In this document: positions 18,623 to 27,990 of the stretch, piece after piece
Numbering within the stretch: position 1 is the stretch's first letter
How the letters are laid out: the number at the start of each line of letters is the position of its first letter
Source: an uncultured Alphaproteobacteria bacterium
GTDB lineage: Bacteria > Pseudomonadota > Alphaproteobacteria > RF32 > CAG-239
Length of the DNA: 64,000 nucleotides
Direction of reading: 5' to 3'
Assembly: GCA_934271715.1 (NCBI GenBank)
Contig: CAKQRZ010000001.1
Coordinates: 18,819-82,818 of the forward strand
The notes under the pieces: model-generated
What the model saw: the letters and a program-made list of their open reading frames with translations, nothing else
Told to the model about the DNA's origin: nothing
Databases searched by the model: none
Translations under genes and position numbers: made by a program

Positions 18623-19849
18623 TCAGCGATGGGCTTTCATATACTTTGTCAGCAAATAGAAAGTCGGATTGTTCGGCACGCAGCGGGCGTAATTTTCCAG
18701 CAAATCATAGCGCTGTAAGTCTATCAGCTTATAGATATGGGCGTCGCTGATGTTTTTGCCGTCAATCAAAGCCTTGATTTCCTGCCCGACGTTGCGGCGC
18801 AAGATTTCGTCAACCGTATAGTCCGAAACCTTATAAATCCGCGCCAGACTGGAAATCTCATCTTTAGAGCCGCGGGTAAGAATTTGTTTTTCAAACCATT
18901 CCTGCTTATTCCAATGTTTCAGCAGATGAGGCAGCTGGCCGGTGTGGCGCAGCAAAGCGAGAACTAATAATTCATCGCCTTTTTCCAGAACAGCCGCAAC
19001 GACTTTTTCCGTAATCGGAGAGTAGCCGCGGCAATCAAGGTTAATAAACTTTGCGGCGCAAGAGTACAATTCAAGGTCAATCAAATGAACAATACCTTTT
19101 TCGGTGGCCAGAAAATCATTTTCTATAAACGCTTTAATCTCTTCCAGATTTCCGCGGAAAATAATTTTGTCACGGTCTTCAGGACTCAAATGAACCGGCG
19201 AGTTGCATTTTATTGACTGCATCAGAGCCATAATTGCCTCATGATGTCCGCAATCAATTATTTGAGAAACGCTTTCCTGCCTTTGCAAGCCGGACTTAAT
19301 TGCCAAAGTTTGTTCAGCAGCTTTGCCGCGGGCAACGAGTGATTGTTCCAGCTCTTTAGAAACAGTAATATTCTTTGTTAGGAGAATTTCTATCTCGTCC
19401 TCAACACCTCTTTCAACAATGATGTTAGCAATCTCGGCAGAAATGCTTTGACAAAGGAGCAATGCTTTTATTTCATCGCTGATGTTTCGCTTAACAATCA
19501 TATTCTTCAGTTTCTCAGAAACTTTCTGGTTATACAGCAATAATCTGATACAGTCGCTGTTGCCTTGCTGCACAATCATTTCCGCAGCTTTGCCGCAAAC
19601 AGACTGATGTGAAATCATATCTAAAGTCTCGGCAGGCAGCTGTTCTATTAAAAGAACTTGGTTTGCGTCGCTCAGGGTGCGTTTTCTGACAAAATAGCCT
19701 CTTAACTCAGCTTCATTATAGCGTAAAATAAGAGCCTTCTGCATTTTTTCCGAAAAATCATAGTCAGAATCCAGCAGCTGAAAAACTTCATCTACAGTAC
19801 CTTTTTGCACTAGCTTTGCAAAGCGGTTATTAAAATAATTCCAAAACAT
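18623..19849 (-). CDS. Hypothetical alpha-helical repeat protein, paralog of 17403..18500
   Basis: Same repeat core, for example MIVKRNISDEIKALLL, IIVERGVEDEIEILL, QILTRGSKDEISSLA and EILRRNVGQEIKALI. Confidence 0.45.
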   Translation of the reverse strand: MFWNYFNNRFAKLVQKGTVDEVFQLLDSDYDFSEKMQKALILRYNEAELRGYFVRKRTLSDANQVLLIEQLPAETLDMISHQSVCGKAAEMIVQQGNSDCIRLLLYNQKVSEKLKNMIVKRNISDEIKALLLCQSISAEIANIIVERGVEDEIEILLTKNITVSKELEQSLVARGKAAEQTLAIKSGLQRQESVSQIIDCGHHEAIMALMQSIKCNSPVHLSPEDRDKIIFRGNLEEIKAFIENDFLATEKGIVHLIDLELYSCAAKFINLDCRGYSPITEKVVAAVLEKGDELLVLALLRHTGQLPHLLKHWNKQEWFEKQILTRGSKDEISSLARIYKVSDYTVDEILRRNVGQEIKALIDGKNISDAHIYKLIDLQRYDLLENYARCVPNNPTFYLLTKYMKAHR

Positions 19850-19935
19850 AATGATAAAATTTTAGTGAAACAATAATAAAAAAAACACAGCCATTATATA
19901 TCATGACTGTGCTTTTTTGTCAAGCTAATGTTTGT

Positions 19936-22080
19936 CTAAATTATGCCGATAAGATTTTGCTTTATGTTTTCGGCAGCGTCCAAGCGGTAATAGTTTTTGT
20001 TAGAGACATTCTGCGGATAGTATTCAGAAATGCCCAAAGCAAAAATATTGGCCTGCTGGTTGATAAAATCACGGCTCAGGTTGATGGCGTCGGCGCTGGA
20101 AATCAGATATTCCTTAAAGCTGCCGATAGAATCTTTAGCCTCGTTTACAAAATTGTTGTGCTGGTTAAAGATAAACGAAAACTTGAAGATTGTGGCTATC
20201 ATGGCAATCAGCAAAAACGAGGTTATGCCGCCGATGTAAATGCTGCAAAAAAGCCAAACAAAAAACAGCGCGGCTAAGGCAAACAGCTTAAACGGCAGAC
20301 CGACAAGCATATGCTTGAATCTGTGGCACAAAATCCAGATATAAAAAGCAAAAAGCAAACTGCAGGAAAGCATGATAATCAGGCTTTGCGCCATGTTGGT
20401 GCTGATATTGGCAATAAAAATTTCGGTCAGAATCAGCATAGCGGTGCTGAACAGAACATAGCTGATGTTTTGCAAAAGACGGTATTTTTTTATTTGTTTT
20501 TTAATGCCTTTTTCAAAAATACGCTTAGCTTTTTTCAGTTTCAGATTGTTGGACGCATTAACTTCAAGCTGTGTTGTTTTTTTAGAAAACAGCTGACCCA
20601 GCGCCTTTTTTTCTATTTTAGTAAGCTTGCTGTTTTTGAGGCTTTTGGCGGCCAAAAAGCAGCGTCCGCCGTCGCAAACCAGGTCTATGGCGTTTTTGCG
20701 GTACAAATCCAAAAGCTGCGCTACATAGGCGATACGGTCAAATTTGCCGATAGCAATGCTGCGGGCAAGCGCGCCGCTGTATGACGGCTTGTATTTGTTT
20801 CTGCGTTCTTTTTTCAGCCCGAAAAGCGATAGGATAAAGGAAATTAAAATCGCGGCAAAACCGGCTCCGGCATAAATAATATTGCCCCAGTCGGTTAAAA
20901 ATAAGGTAATGTTTTTGTCGTAATCTTTTATAAATACGCTGCGGCTCATCACGGTAATCACATCCATTTTTTCGCCGTTCAGCAAAGGCGTAACGTTTGA
21001 AAACGCCAAAACGTTTTTAGCCAGATTAAACACATTGGTTCTTTGATTGGTTGCATTATCGCTGCTGCCGACCAGCGGCATGGCGTCGCGGAAAGAATGT
21101 CCCTCCGGCAGCGTAACAATGGCGTTGGCCGAAGTTATAAAGGCGTTGAGCGGACGTCCGGTCAGGCTCCAGTCCATAAATACTTTATTTCCGGCGGTTT
21201 GCAGCTTGTTGTTAACCATATAGCTGAATTTATAGGTATAAACCCCGGGTTCCAGCTGCTGGTTATATTTAGGCTTCAGCAAAATATTGCTGCCGTTTTC
21301 TTCTGCGGTGTAGGGAACTTTGGTGTTGTTTACAGTCACCTCATCCAAAATAAGCTCTATGCGGTGGCCGCGTTTGCCCTGATAATAGGTGTATTTAGGA
21401 AAAACGCGCTCCAAGCCTTTGGCAAATTTTTTGCCGTTGGCGACAATGGTTATAGTGTCTTCAACTTTGATATAGCCGTTAGACTGAATATCTATATAGC
21501 TCAAAAAATATGGAATATGTTCCAGTGCCGGAGCCAAAATTTTACGTCCGTTCGGCAGGGTTACGCTCACGGTTGGAATACGCTCTTCCTGCGGCATGGC
21601 TTGAGTCTGTTGCTGAGCTTTTACAAAAAAGCGCGTGGCCGAGCGGGCGGCTTGCTCTTCCTGTGAAGCGGCGCTGTTTTCGGCCTGCGGCTCGTCTTTT
21701 TTGTCATTTTGGTGCAGAGCTTTTAAGGTTTCTTCATAAATTTTTTCAAAAGTGCTTTTACTTTCTTCTTTTTGGCGGTCATAAAATTCCGGAGGCGGCA
21801 CCACGCTGGAAGAGGACGCTTTATCCCATTGCGTGCTTTCATCCATTTTCATTTTAGCGGTTTCTTCAAATCTTTTTTTAAAGAATTCGCGGACGGCTTC
21901 TTCATCATTCGGGTCCGGCATTCCGGGCGGCAAAGCCAGCGGGTCTTTCGGCTGTTCGTGATTTTTTGCCTGCTGCGCCTCAAATTCCGGCAGTCCGGCC
22001 AGCGGAATTACCGAAGCGGCGGCAGATTCTGCCAGACAGCCTAACGCCAAAATAAAAGCAAATGAAAAAAATCTATTCAT
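19936..22080 (-). CDS. Membrane protein: signal peptide, a large extracytoplasmic domain, then a C-terminal multi-TM region (DUF2207-like architecture)
   Basis: N-terminal MNRFFSFAFILALGCLAESAAA. Hydrophobic segments lie around aa 400-420 and aa 540-660. Confidence 0.4.
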   Translation of the reverse strand: MNRFFSFAFILALGCLAESAAASVIPLAGLPEFEAQQAKNHEQPKDPLALPPGMPDPNDEEAVREFFKKRFEETAKMKMDESTQWDKASSSSVVPPPEFYDRQKEESKSTFEKIYEETLKALHQNDKKDEPQAENSAASQEEQAARSATRFFVKAQQQTQAMPQEERIPTVSVTLPNGRKILAPALEHIPYFLSYIDIQSNGYIKVEDTITIVANGKKFAKGLERVFPKYTYYQGKRGHRIELILDEVTVNNTKVPYTAEENGSNILLKPKYNQQLEPGVYTYKFSYMVNNKLQTAGNKVFMDWSLTGRPLNAFITSANAIVTLPEGHSFRDAMPLVGSSDNATNQRTNVFNLAKNVLAFSNVTPLLNGEKMDVITVMSRSVFIKDYDKNITLFLTDWGNIIYAGAGFAAILISFILSLFGLKKERRNKYKPSYSGALARSIAIGKFDRIAYVAQLLDLYRKNAIDLVCDGGRCFLAAKSLKNSKLTKIEKKALGQLFSKKTTQLEVNASNNLKLKKAKRIFEKGIKKQIKKYRLLQNISYVLFSTAMLILTEIFIANISTNMAQSLIIMLSCSLLFAFYIWILCHRFKHMLVGLPFKLFALAALFFVWLFCSIYIGGITSFLLIAMIATIFKFSFIFNQHNNFVNEAKDSIGSFKEYLISSADAINLSRDFINQQANIFALGISEYYPQNVSNKNYYRLDAAENIKQNLIGII

Positions 22081-22164
22081 AAAATGCGTCCTTCGTGTTT
22101 ACAAATTAAATAGTTTTGTTTAATATAACGGCTAAAGATTAAAAAAGTTATAAGGAGACATCCC

Positions 22165-22890
22165 ATGAAACAAAAAGTTGCAGCAGTTATTTTGGGCGCC
22201 GGAAAAGGCACCCGCATGCATTCGGATAAACCGAAAGTTTTGATGCCGGTTTGCGGAAAATCTATGATTAAGCGTATTATTGATACGCTGGAAAGCATTC
22301 CGGTTGATGAAATTGTTACGGTAATTTCTCCGGACGGCAAAGACGTGGCTAAAGAGGTTGCGCCGTATCCTACCTGCGTGCAGGAATTGCAGCTCGGCAC
22401 CGGACACGCCGTAAACTGCGCCAAGGATTTCTTGAAAGATTTTGACGGCACGGTTTTAGTGATTTTCGGCGATACTCCGCTGATTACCCGCCGCACTTAT
22501 GAACGCGCCATAGAAAAAGTTGAAAGCGGCTATGCCGTTGTGGTGCTGGGTTTCCGCCCGAAAGACGCCGCCCGCTACGGACGCTTGGTTATGGACGGCG
22601 ACGAGCTTGACCGCATTGTGGAATTTAAAGACGCCACAGACGCCGAAAAAGCTATTGATTTTTGCAATTCAGGGTTTATGTCTTTCAGCGGCAGGCACCT
22701 GTTTTCTATTCTGTCAAAAATCGGCAATAAAAACGCTTCCGGCGAATTTTATTTGACAGACGCGGTTGCGGTTGCCAAGCAAATGGGGCTGAAATGCACG
22801 GCGTTTGAGAGCGATGCCGAAGAAGTTGCCAGCGCCAACACCTTAGAAGAATTGGCTCAGTTGGAAGAATTTTGCCGAAAGAACAGTTAA
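22165..22890 (+). CDS. Sugar-phosphate nucleotidyltransferase (GlmU N-terminal-like domain only)
   Basis: N-terminus AAVILGAGKGTRMHSDKPKVL and the motif LVIFGDTPLI. There is no LbH acetyltransferase domain. Confidence 0.55.
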   Translation: MKQKVAAVILGAGKGTRMHSDKPKVLMPVCGKSMIKRIIDTLESIPVDEIVTVISPDGKDVAKEVAPYPTCVQELQLGTGHAVNCAKDFLKDFDGTVLVIFGDTPLITRRTYERAIEKVESGYAVVVLGFRPKDAARYGRLVMDGDELDRIVEFKDATDAEKAIDFCNSGFMSFSGRHLFSILSKIGNKNASGEFYLTDAVAVAKQMGLKCTAFESDAEEVASANTLEELAQLEEFCRKNS

Positions 22891-23582
22891 TGGAACGCTT
22901 TTTTAAGTTATTGTACTATTATTGCTTGGGACTGCTGGTGTTTGTCACGGTTTATATGGTGGCAATGCTGGCGGCTGCGCCGAAAAACGACGCCTTAAAC
23001 CGCGGCTTTATTCCCTGCACGCGTGATTTTGTAACCAAGGTTTCGGACTGCGGACGCGGCGAACTGAGCTGTATGGCAGCCGGAATCTGGCAAGATACAA
23101 AATGCAATCTGTATGTTATTTTTGACGGGGCAGGGGCTTGGCTGCGCGGCAAACAGCCGACGCCGTGGGCAAACTATTTGTTTGAACCAAAAAGCGAAGC
23201 CGAAATTGATACCGAAAATCAATATATCGGCGTGATCAGTCAGGATGTCGGAGTTTTGGAAGCGCAGCGGCAGTTCATGGAAAATCGCCAGAAAGAGCTG
23301 GAAGAGGCTAAGCACCGCAGCTTGAATCTGGATAAAAATGTTCTGCCGGCCGATGACGCGGAGCCAAACGGCAAGTATGATACAAAAGAAGAAGCGGAAC
23401 CGGCTCAGCCGGATGAAAATTCTGATATTGACGAGGAAGCGTTTTTAGAGGATTTTGAACCGGAGGCGGAAAATGCTCAGAAAGCTGAAACTCCGGTTTC
23501 GGAAAATGAAAAAACTAAGGCTTTGCTGAAACAAAATGCTCAAAAAAGCACAGAGAAAAAAGGAGAAATAAATGACAAATAA
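22890..23582 (+). CDS. Hypothetical membrane-anchored protein with an acidic C-terminal tail
   Basis: N-terminal TM segment (LLYYYCLGLLVFVTVYMVAMLAAA) and a D/E-rich C-terminus. Confidence 0.35.
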   Translation: MERFFKLLYYYCLGLLVFVTVYMVAMLAAAPKNDALNRGFIPCTRDFVTKVSDCGRGELSCMAAGIWQDTKCNLYVIFDGAGAWLRGKQPTPWANYLFEPKSEAEIDTENQYIGVISQDVGVLEAQRQFMENRQKELEEAKHRSLNLDKNVLPADDAEPNGKYDTKEEAEPAQPDENSDIDEEAFLEDFEPEAENAQKAETPVSENEKTKALLKQNAQKSTEKKGEINDK

Positions 23583-25353
23583 AATGCCGGCCTGGGACTT
23601 AAGCGACTACTATACAAGTATTGAAGACCCGAAAATTGCTGCAGATTTGGAAGAATACCGCCAAGGCACGGAAGAATTTGCCAAACGCTATAAAGGCAGA
23701 TTGGCGGAATTGTCAGCTGAAGAATTTTTGACAGCGGCAAAAGATATTGAACGCCGCTCCAAAATCGCCAGTCGTTTGGGCGGGTTTGCCTACCTTAATA
23801 TGGTTACGCAGATGAAAAATGTGGAAGCCGTGGCGTTTTATCAGGATATTCAGGAAAAACTGACGGATTACTGCAAGCCGGCAATTTTCTTTTCGCTGGA
23901 ATTTAACGCTTTGCCGGATGCAAAAATAGACGAATGGCTGCAAAATAAAGATGTGGCGTTCTATAAATATTGGATAAAGCGTATGCGCAAGTTTAAAGAT
24001 TATGAGCTTTCGGAGCCTGTGGAAGAAATTTTGGTTGAAAAATCTTTGACTTCTTCCGAAGCTTGGGTGCGTTTGTATGAAGAAACATCTTCCCGCTTGG
24101 TGTATACGGTTGACGGTCAAGAATATAACGATGCCGAACTTTCTAAACTGATGCTGGATAAAGACCCGAAAATCCGCGAAAAAGCCGGTAAAGAGCTGAA
24201 CCGTGTTTTGAAAGAAAACGGACATCTCATGACCTTTATTTATAATATGGTGATGAAAGATAAAGCCATTGAAGATGAAAAACGTGGCTTTAAAACTCCG
24301 GTTTCTTCCCGCAACTTAAGCGAGGATGTCAGCGATGAAACAGTTGAAGTTTTGGCGCAGACCGTGAAAAAGCACTATAAAGATATTTCTGAGCGTTTTT
24401 ATAAGCTTAAGGCAAAATGGCTCGGAGTTGAAAAAATTGCCTATTGGGACCGAAACGCTCCTCTGCCGTTTGCCGATGACACCACATACAGCTGGGACGA
24501 GGCGGTGCAGATTGTGCTGAATGCCTATAAAGAATTTTCGCCGAAGCTGTACAATATCGCTAAAGATTTCTTTGACCACAACTGGATAGACGTTCCGCCT
24601 CGTGACGGCAAGCGCAGCGGCGCTTTCTGCAGCGGACCGATTAGCGATGAGCACCCTTATTTGATGCTGAATTTTGTGGGCAAGCAGAATGATGTTTTGA
24701 CTTTGGCGCATGAGCTGGGACACGGCTGCCATCATCAGCTGCGTTTGAAAAACGGCGAGCTGAATGAGCATTCGCGCATGACTTCAGAGGAAGTGGCTTC
24801 GGTGTTTGGGGAAATGATGGTGTTCCAGTCCATGCTGCGCAATTTGAAAGACGACAAAGCTAAACTGTGCCTCATTGCTTCTAAAGTCGGCGATATGATT
24901 AACACCGCCATTCGTCAGATTGCTTTTCACTTTTTTGAAACCCGCGCCCATGATGAGCGTAAAAACGGCGAGGTTTCGGAAGAGCGTCTGTGCGAAATCT
25001 GGCTGGAAGAAATGCGCGACAGTTTGGGCGAATATGTGGAAGTAACCGATGACAGCAAGCATATTTGGTCTATGGTCGGACACTTCTTCTTCCTGCCATT
25101 CTATGTTTACGCCTATTCATTTGCCGATTGTTTTGTAAACTCGTTGTATCAGGTCAGCCAATCCGGCAAGGTGGAAAATTTTGCCGACAAATATTTGGAT
25201 ATGCTTTCTAAAACTGCATTGGAAGACTATGACAAGATTTTGGCTCCGTTTGGTTTAAATCCGAACAGTCCGGATTTTTGGGAATATGGTCTATCCCTGA
25301 TTTCATCGTATATTGATATGTTGGAAGAGCTGGATAGAAAAATAGACTGGTAA
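23572..25353 (+). CDS. pepF: Oligoendopeptidase F (M3B family), paralog 2
   Basis: HELGHGCHH motif. Collinear similarity to 10374..12146. Confidence 0.8.
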   Translation: MTNKMPAWDLSDYYTSIEDPKIAADLEEYRQGTEEFAKRYKGRLAELSAEEFLTAAKDIERRSKIASRLGGFAYLNMVTQMKNVEAVAFYQDIQEKLTDYCKPAIFFSLEFNALPDAKIDEWLQNKDVAFYKYWIKRMRKFKDYELSEPVEEILVEKSLTSSEAWVRLYEETSSRLVYTVDGQEYNDAELSKLMLDKDPKIREKAGKELNRVLKENGHLMTFIYNMVMKDKAIEDEKRGFKTPVSSRNLSEDVSDETVEVLAQTVKKHYKDISERFYKLKAKWLGVEKIAYWDRNAPLPFADDTTYSWDEAVQIVLNAYKEFSPKLYNIAKDFFDHNWIDVPPRDGKRSGAFCSGPISDEHPYLMLNFVGKQNDVLTLAHELGHGCHHQLRLKNGELNEHSRMTSEEVASVFGEMMVFQSMLRNLKDDKAKLCLIASKVGDMINTAIRQIAFHFFETRAHDERKNGEVSEERLCEIWLEEMRDSLGEYVEVTDDSKHIWSMVGHFFFLPFYVYAYSFADCFVNSLYQVSQSGKVENFADKYLDMLSKTALEDYDKILAPFGLNPNSPDFWEYGLSLISSYIDMLEELDRKIDW

Positions 25354-25610
25354 ACTCGTCTAATGCAGAAACTCGCCTAATGGCTTTCTGCTGGTAAGAT
25401 TTTTTCTTATGTACTAGTTTGTACACCGCGAAAAAATCTTACTTCGCATTAAGCTCATTATCCGAGTTTCTGCATGCTTGTACCGGTTGTGCTTGTGTAC
25501 CTCGTTGTATACTGCGAAAAAATCTTCGTATTAGCCTCATTATCCGCATTGCTTGACAGAGTGTGCTATTTAAAACCACGCCCCGTAAGGAGGTAAATAA
25601 TATTAGCCAA

Positions 25611-26339
25611 TTAAAATGTCAATACAACGGCACAGGCATCATCTTTAGCACATCCGGAACAATATTTGTTTATATCAGATAAAGATAATTGATTAAAACA
25701 TTTTTTATCGGCACCGTTGCAATAACTATCCCCATAAAAAGCGACAGCTATAGGAAATATCAAAACATATTTTAAGGATGAGTGTAAAGGAGTTGCTATA
25801 TTTTGCACAAACTTTTCACATAAGCTATGAGAAAAATTTGCAGATACAGATTTTCCATCCTCATTTGTTACCCAGCCGCCTAGGTACATATCAAATACTA
25901 AGTCATTGCTGCGAAGGTAAATATTGAAATAATTGCCTAAATTGTCGTGTAAATATGGCCATTCAGGCGGAAGCAGATTTATATTTCTAAAAAATTCATT
26001 AAAATGTGTGCCATTTTTTTGTTTTTTTATGTATTGCAGGTGTTCTGTTATGCCAAAAAGTATATGAGAATAACCATCAATAGCTTTATTGATTTTGTAT
26101 TGCTCCATAGCTTTGGAATATCCGGCAATCCCGCCCACGCTCAACACGCCGATAATGGCCAGCACGCCAAGCATTTCTATCATACTGCGGCCGGATTGAG
26201 AAAAAGTACCATACCTGCGTCCCCAGCACCCATCATTCTTTGGTTTATCCCAAGAATCTTGTGTGAACCAGCTTTTATTTAATAATAAGGCTAATTTGTT
26301 GACTAGGTTAGAGACTCGTTGCCACAAGATTCTAGGCAC
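25611..26339 (-). CDS. Type IV pilin-like protein with an A-module 5' region. The frame is open upstream to about 26576, and the ATG at 26585-26587 is out of frame.
   Basis: ...YGTFSQSG|RSMIEMLGVLAIIGVLSVGGIAGYSKAMEQYK. The C-terminal tail is CSGCAKDDACAVVLTF. Confidence 0.75.
   Translation of the reverse strand: MPRILWQRVSNLVNKLALLLNKSWFTQDSWDKPKNDGCWGRRYGTFSQSGRSMIEMLGVLAIIGVLSVGGIAGYSKAMEQYKINKAIDGYSHILFGITEHLQYIKKQKNGTHFNEFFRNINLLPPEWPYLHDNLGNYFNIYLRSNDLVFDMYLGGWVTNEDGKSVSANFSHSLCEKFVQNIATPLHSSLKYVLIFPIAVAFYGDSYCNGADKKCFNQLSLSDINKYCSGCAKDDACAVVLTF
26164..26291. repeat. 128-bp inverted repeat, left arm. It is 127/128 identical to 27023-27150 in inverse orientation.
   Basis: The reverse complement of 26164-26291 equals 27023-27150 except for one C/T difference. 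The arm covers the pilin leader/N-terminus coding region of both divergent genes. Confidence 0.9.
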
Positions 26340-26550
26340 AAGGCCTAGAATGACAGGTACTAGAGGCGCAGACTTAGTGTTGGTTAATAGATTGCTTCGC
26401 TTTGCTCGCAGTGACGGCAGAGCAAGAGGCGAGCCTGTTAGTTTTGTTCTTAATGCGTTATTACCGAAAGTATCATTTTTTCTGCCAAATCCTGTAAAAA
26501 CGTGCTGAACGGCAGAAAAAGCGCCTTTAATCAGATGTTCAGGATTTGCA

Positions 26551-26564
26551 GAGAGAGAGAGAGA
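26551..26564. repeat. (GA)7/(CT)7 tract of the A-module
   Basis: Direct reading. The ATG frame reads MKNKQSKGLSLSLQILNI*. Confidence 0.9.
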
Positions 26565-26624
26565 CCTTTGGATTGCTTATTTTTCATCTTTCTTTCCTCT
26601 ATATTTAAGTTATTTTATACCTTT

Positions 26625-26654
26625 ATTCTACAACAGCCTCACTCCATAAGTCAA
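26625..26654 (-). promoter_or_regulatory. Sigma70-like promoter of the A-module (TTGACT-N18-TAGAAT)
   Basis: Minus strand: TTGACTtatggagtgaggctgttgTAGAAT. Confidence 0.55.
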
Positions 26655-26686
26655 CCGTAAAATCAAAGCATTGGAAGAATCGGAAG

Positions 26687-26862
26687 TGTGTAAAAAAAAC
26701 GACCGTTTAAAATGGACAGTTTTTAGGCTGTTTTTAGTAATGTAGCAGAGGTTGTTAAAATTTGCAATAACTTTTTATATTTGCGATGTTTTTTGCGGTT
26801 TTATAAAAATTTACAGCGTCTTGTTTTGAGTGTGTAAAAATAACGGTCGTTTTTTTTACACA
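26687..26862 (+). repeat. B-module IR-bounded element, copy 2
   Basis: Inverted repeats at 26687-26707 and 26842-26862, followed by taataggaggaataagATG at 26879. Confidence 0.8.
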
Positions 26863-26878
26863 TAATAGGAGGAATAAG

Positions 26879-27760
26879 ATGTTTAAGAGTATAGAATTTT
26901 TAAGAGGAAAGAGCAGGGGGAGAGTAGGTGGATGCGGTGGACTCTCGCCTCTAGCACCAGTCATTCTAGGTCTTGTACATAGAATCCTATTGCAACAAAT
27001 CTCTAACCCAGTCAATAAATTTGCCTTATTATTAAATAAAAGCTGGTTCACACAAGATTCTTGGGATAAACCAAAGAATGATGGGTGTTGGGGACGCAGG
27101 TATGGTACTTTTTCTCAATCCGGCCGCAGTATGATAGAAATGCTTGGCGTATTAGCTATAGTAGCTGTTCTCTCAGTCGGCGGGATTGCTGGATATTCCA
27201 AAGCTATGGAAAAGTGGAAAGAAAATAAAGTCATCGGCGAATACAGTTACTTAATACAGGGAATTATAGAGCATTTGAGCGACTTTGAAAAACTGAAAGA
27301 CGAGGAAGTCCGCTATGATTTATTGCCGACCTTAGCGGCAATGAATTTGCTCCCCGGCAACTGGAAAAATACAGACGAATATGAAGGGCATAAAAATGTA
27401 TCAGATACCTTAGGCAATACTTTGTCTGTTTTCAGCCGCAGCGACAGAGTGGTTATGACTATATTGTTTGGCGCTAGTTCGGTTTCCGAAAGCGGAGATA
27501 CCGTTTCGCAAACTTTTTCCGGACAATTATGCAAAGCATTTTGGCAAAATATTTTAGTTCCCTTACATAATCAAATTTATTATGCAGGAGTTTATCGCAG
27601 TAAATATTATGAGCGTGCAAATTATTATTTTAATGATAAATATTGCGGCGGCAAAAATCAATGCTTCAGTGAAATCAAATTGAATGATATAGAAAGAATA
27701 TGCAGCGCCTGCGCTTCCGGGGAAGAATATTGCGTGCTTACTTGGGAGTTTGATTATTAG
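26879..27760 (+). CDS. Type IV pilin-like protein with a B-module N-terminal extension, in frame
   Basis: MFKSIEFLRGKSRGRVGG...(81 aa)...SQSG|RSMIEMLGVLAIVAVLSVGGIAGYSKAMEKWK. The C-terminal tail is CSACASGEEYCVLTWEFDY. Confidence 0.75.
   Translation: MFKSIEFLRGKSRGRVGGCGGLSPLAPVILGLVHRILLQQISNPVNKFALLLNKSWFTQDSWDKPKNDGCWGRRYGTFSQSGRSMIEMLGVLAIVAVLSVGGIAGYSKAMEKWKENKVIGEYSYLIQGIIEHLSDFEKLKDEEVRYDLLPTLAAMNLLPGNWKNTDEYEGHKNVSDTLGNTLSVFSRSDRVVMTILFGASSVSESGDTVSQTFSGQLCKAFWQNILVPLHNQIYYAGVYRSKYYERANYYFNDKYCGGKNQCFSEIKLNDIERICSACASGEEYCVLTWEFDY
27023..27150. repeat. 128-bp inverted repeat, right arm
   Basis: See 26164-26291. Confidence 0.9.
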
Positions 27761-27990
27761 AATGTAAAAAAGCCGGATTCAAATTAATGAAACCGGCACT
27801 TACTCTCGGAAACTCGGATAATGAGGCTAATACGCATTAACTTTTTTGCGCCGTGTACAAACTAGTACACAATAGACTAGCAGAAACTCGTATAGCGGGC
27901 GTAGATGCGACGGAATTTTTAAGCGACGTGTACACAATAGTACACAAGCGCAAAAATCCCTAGCAGATACCAGCTAGACGAGTTTCTTCA

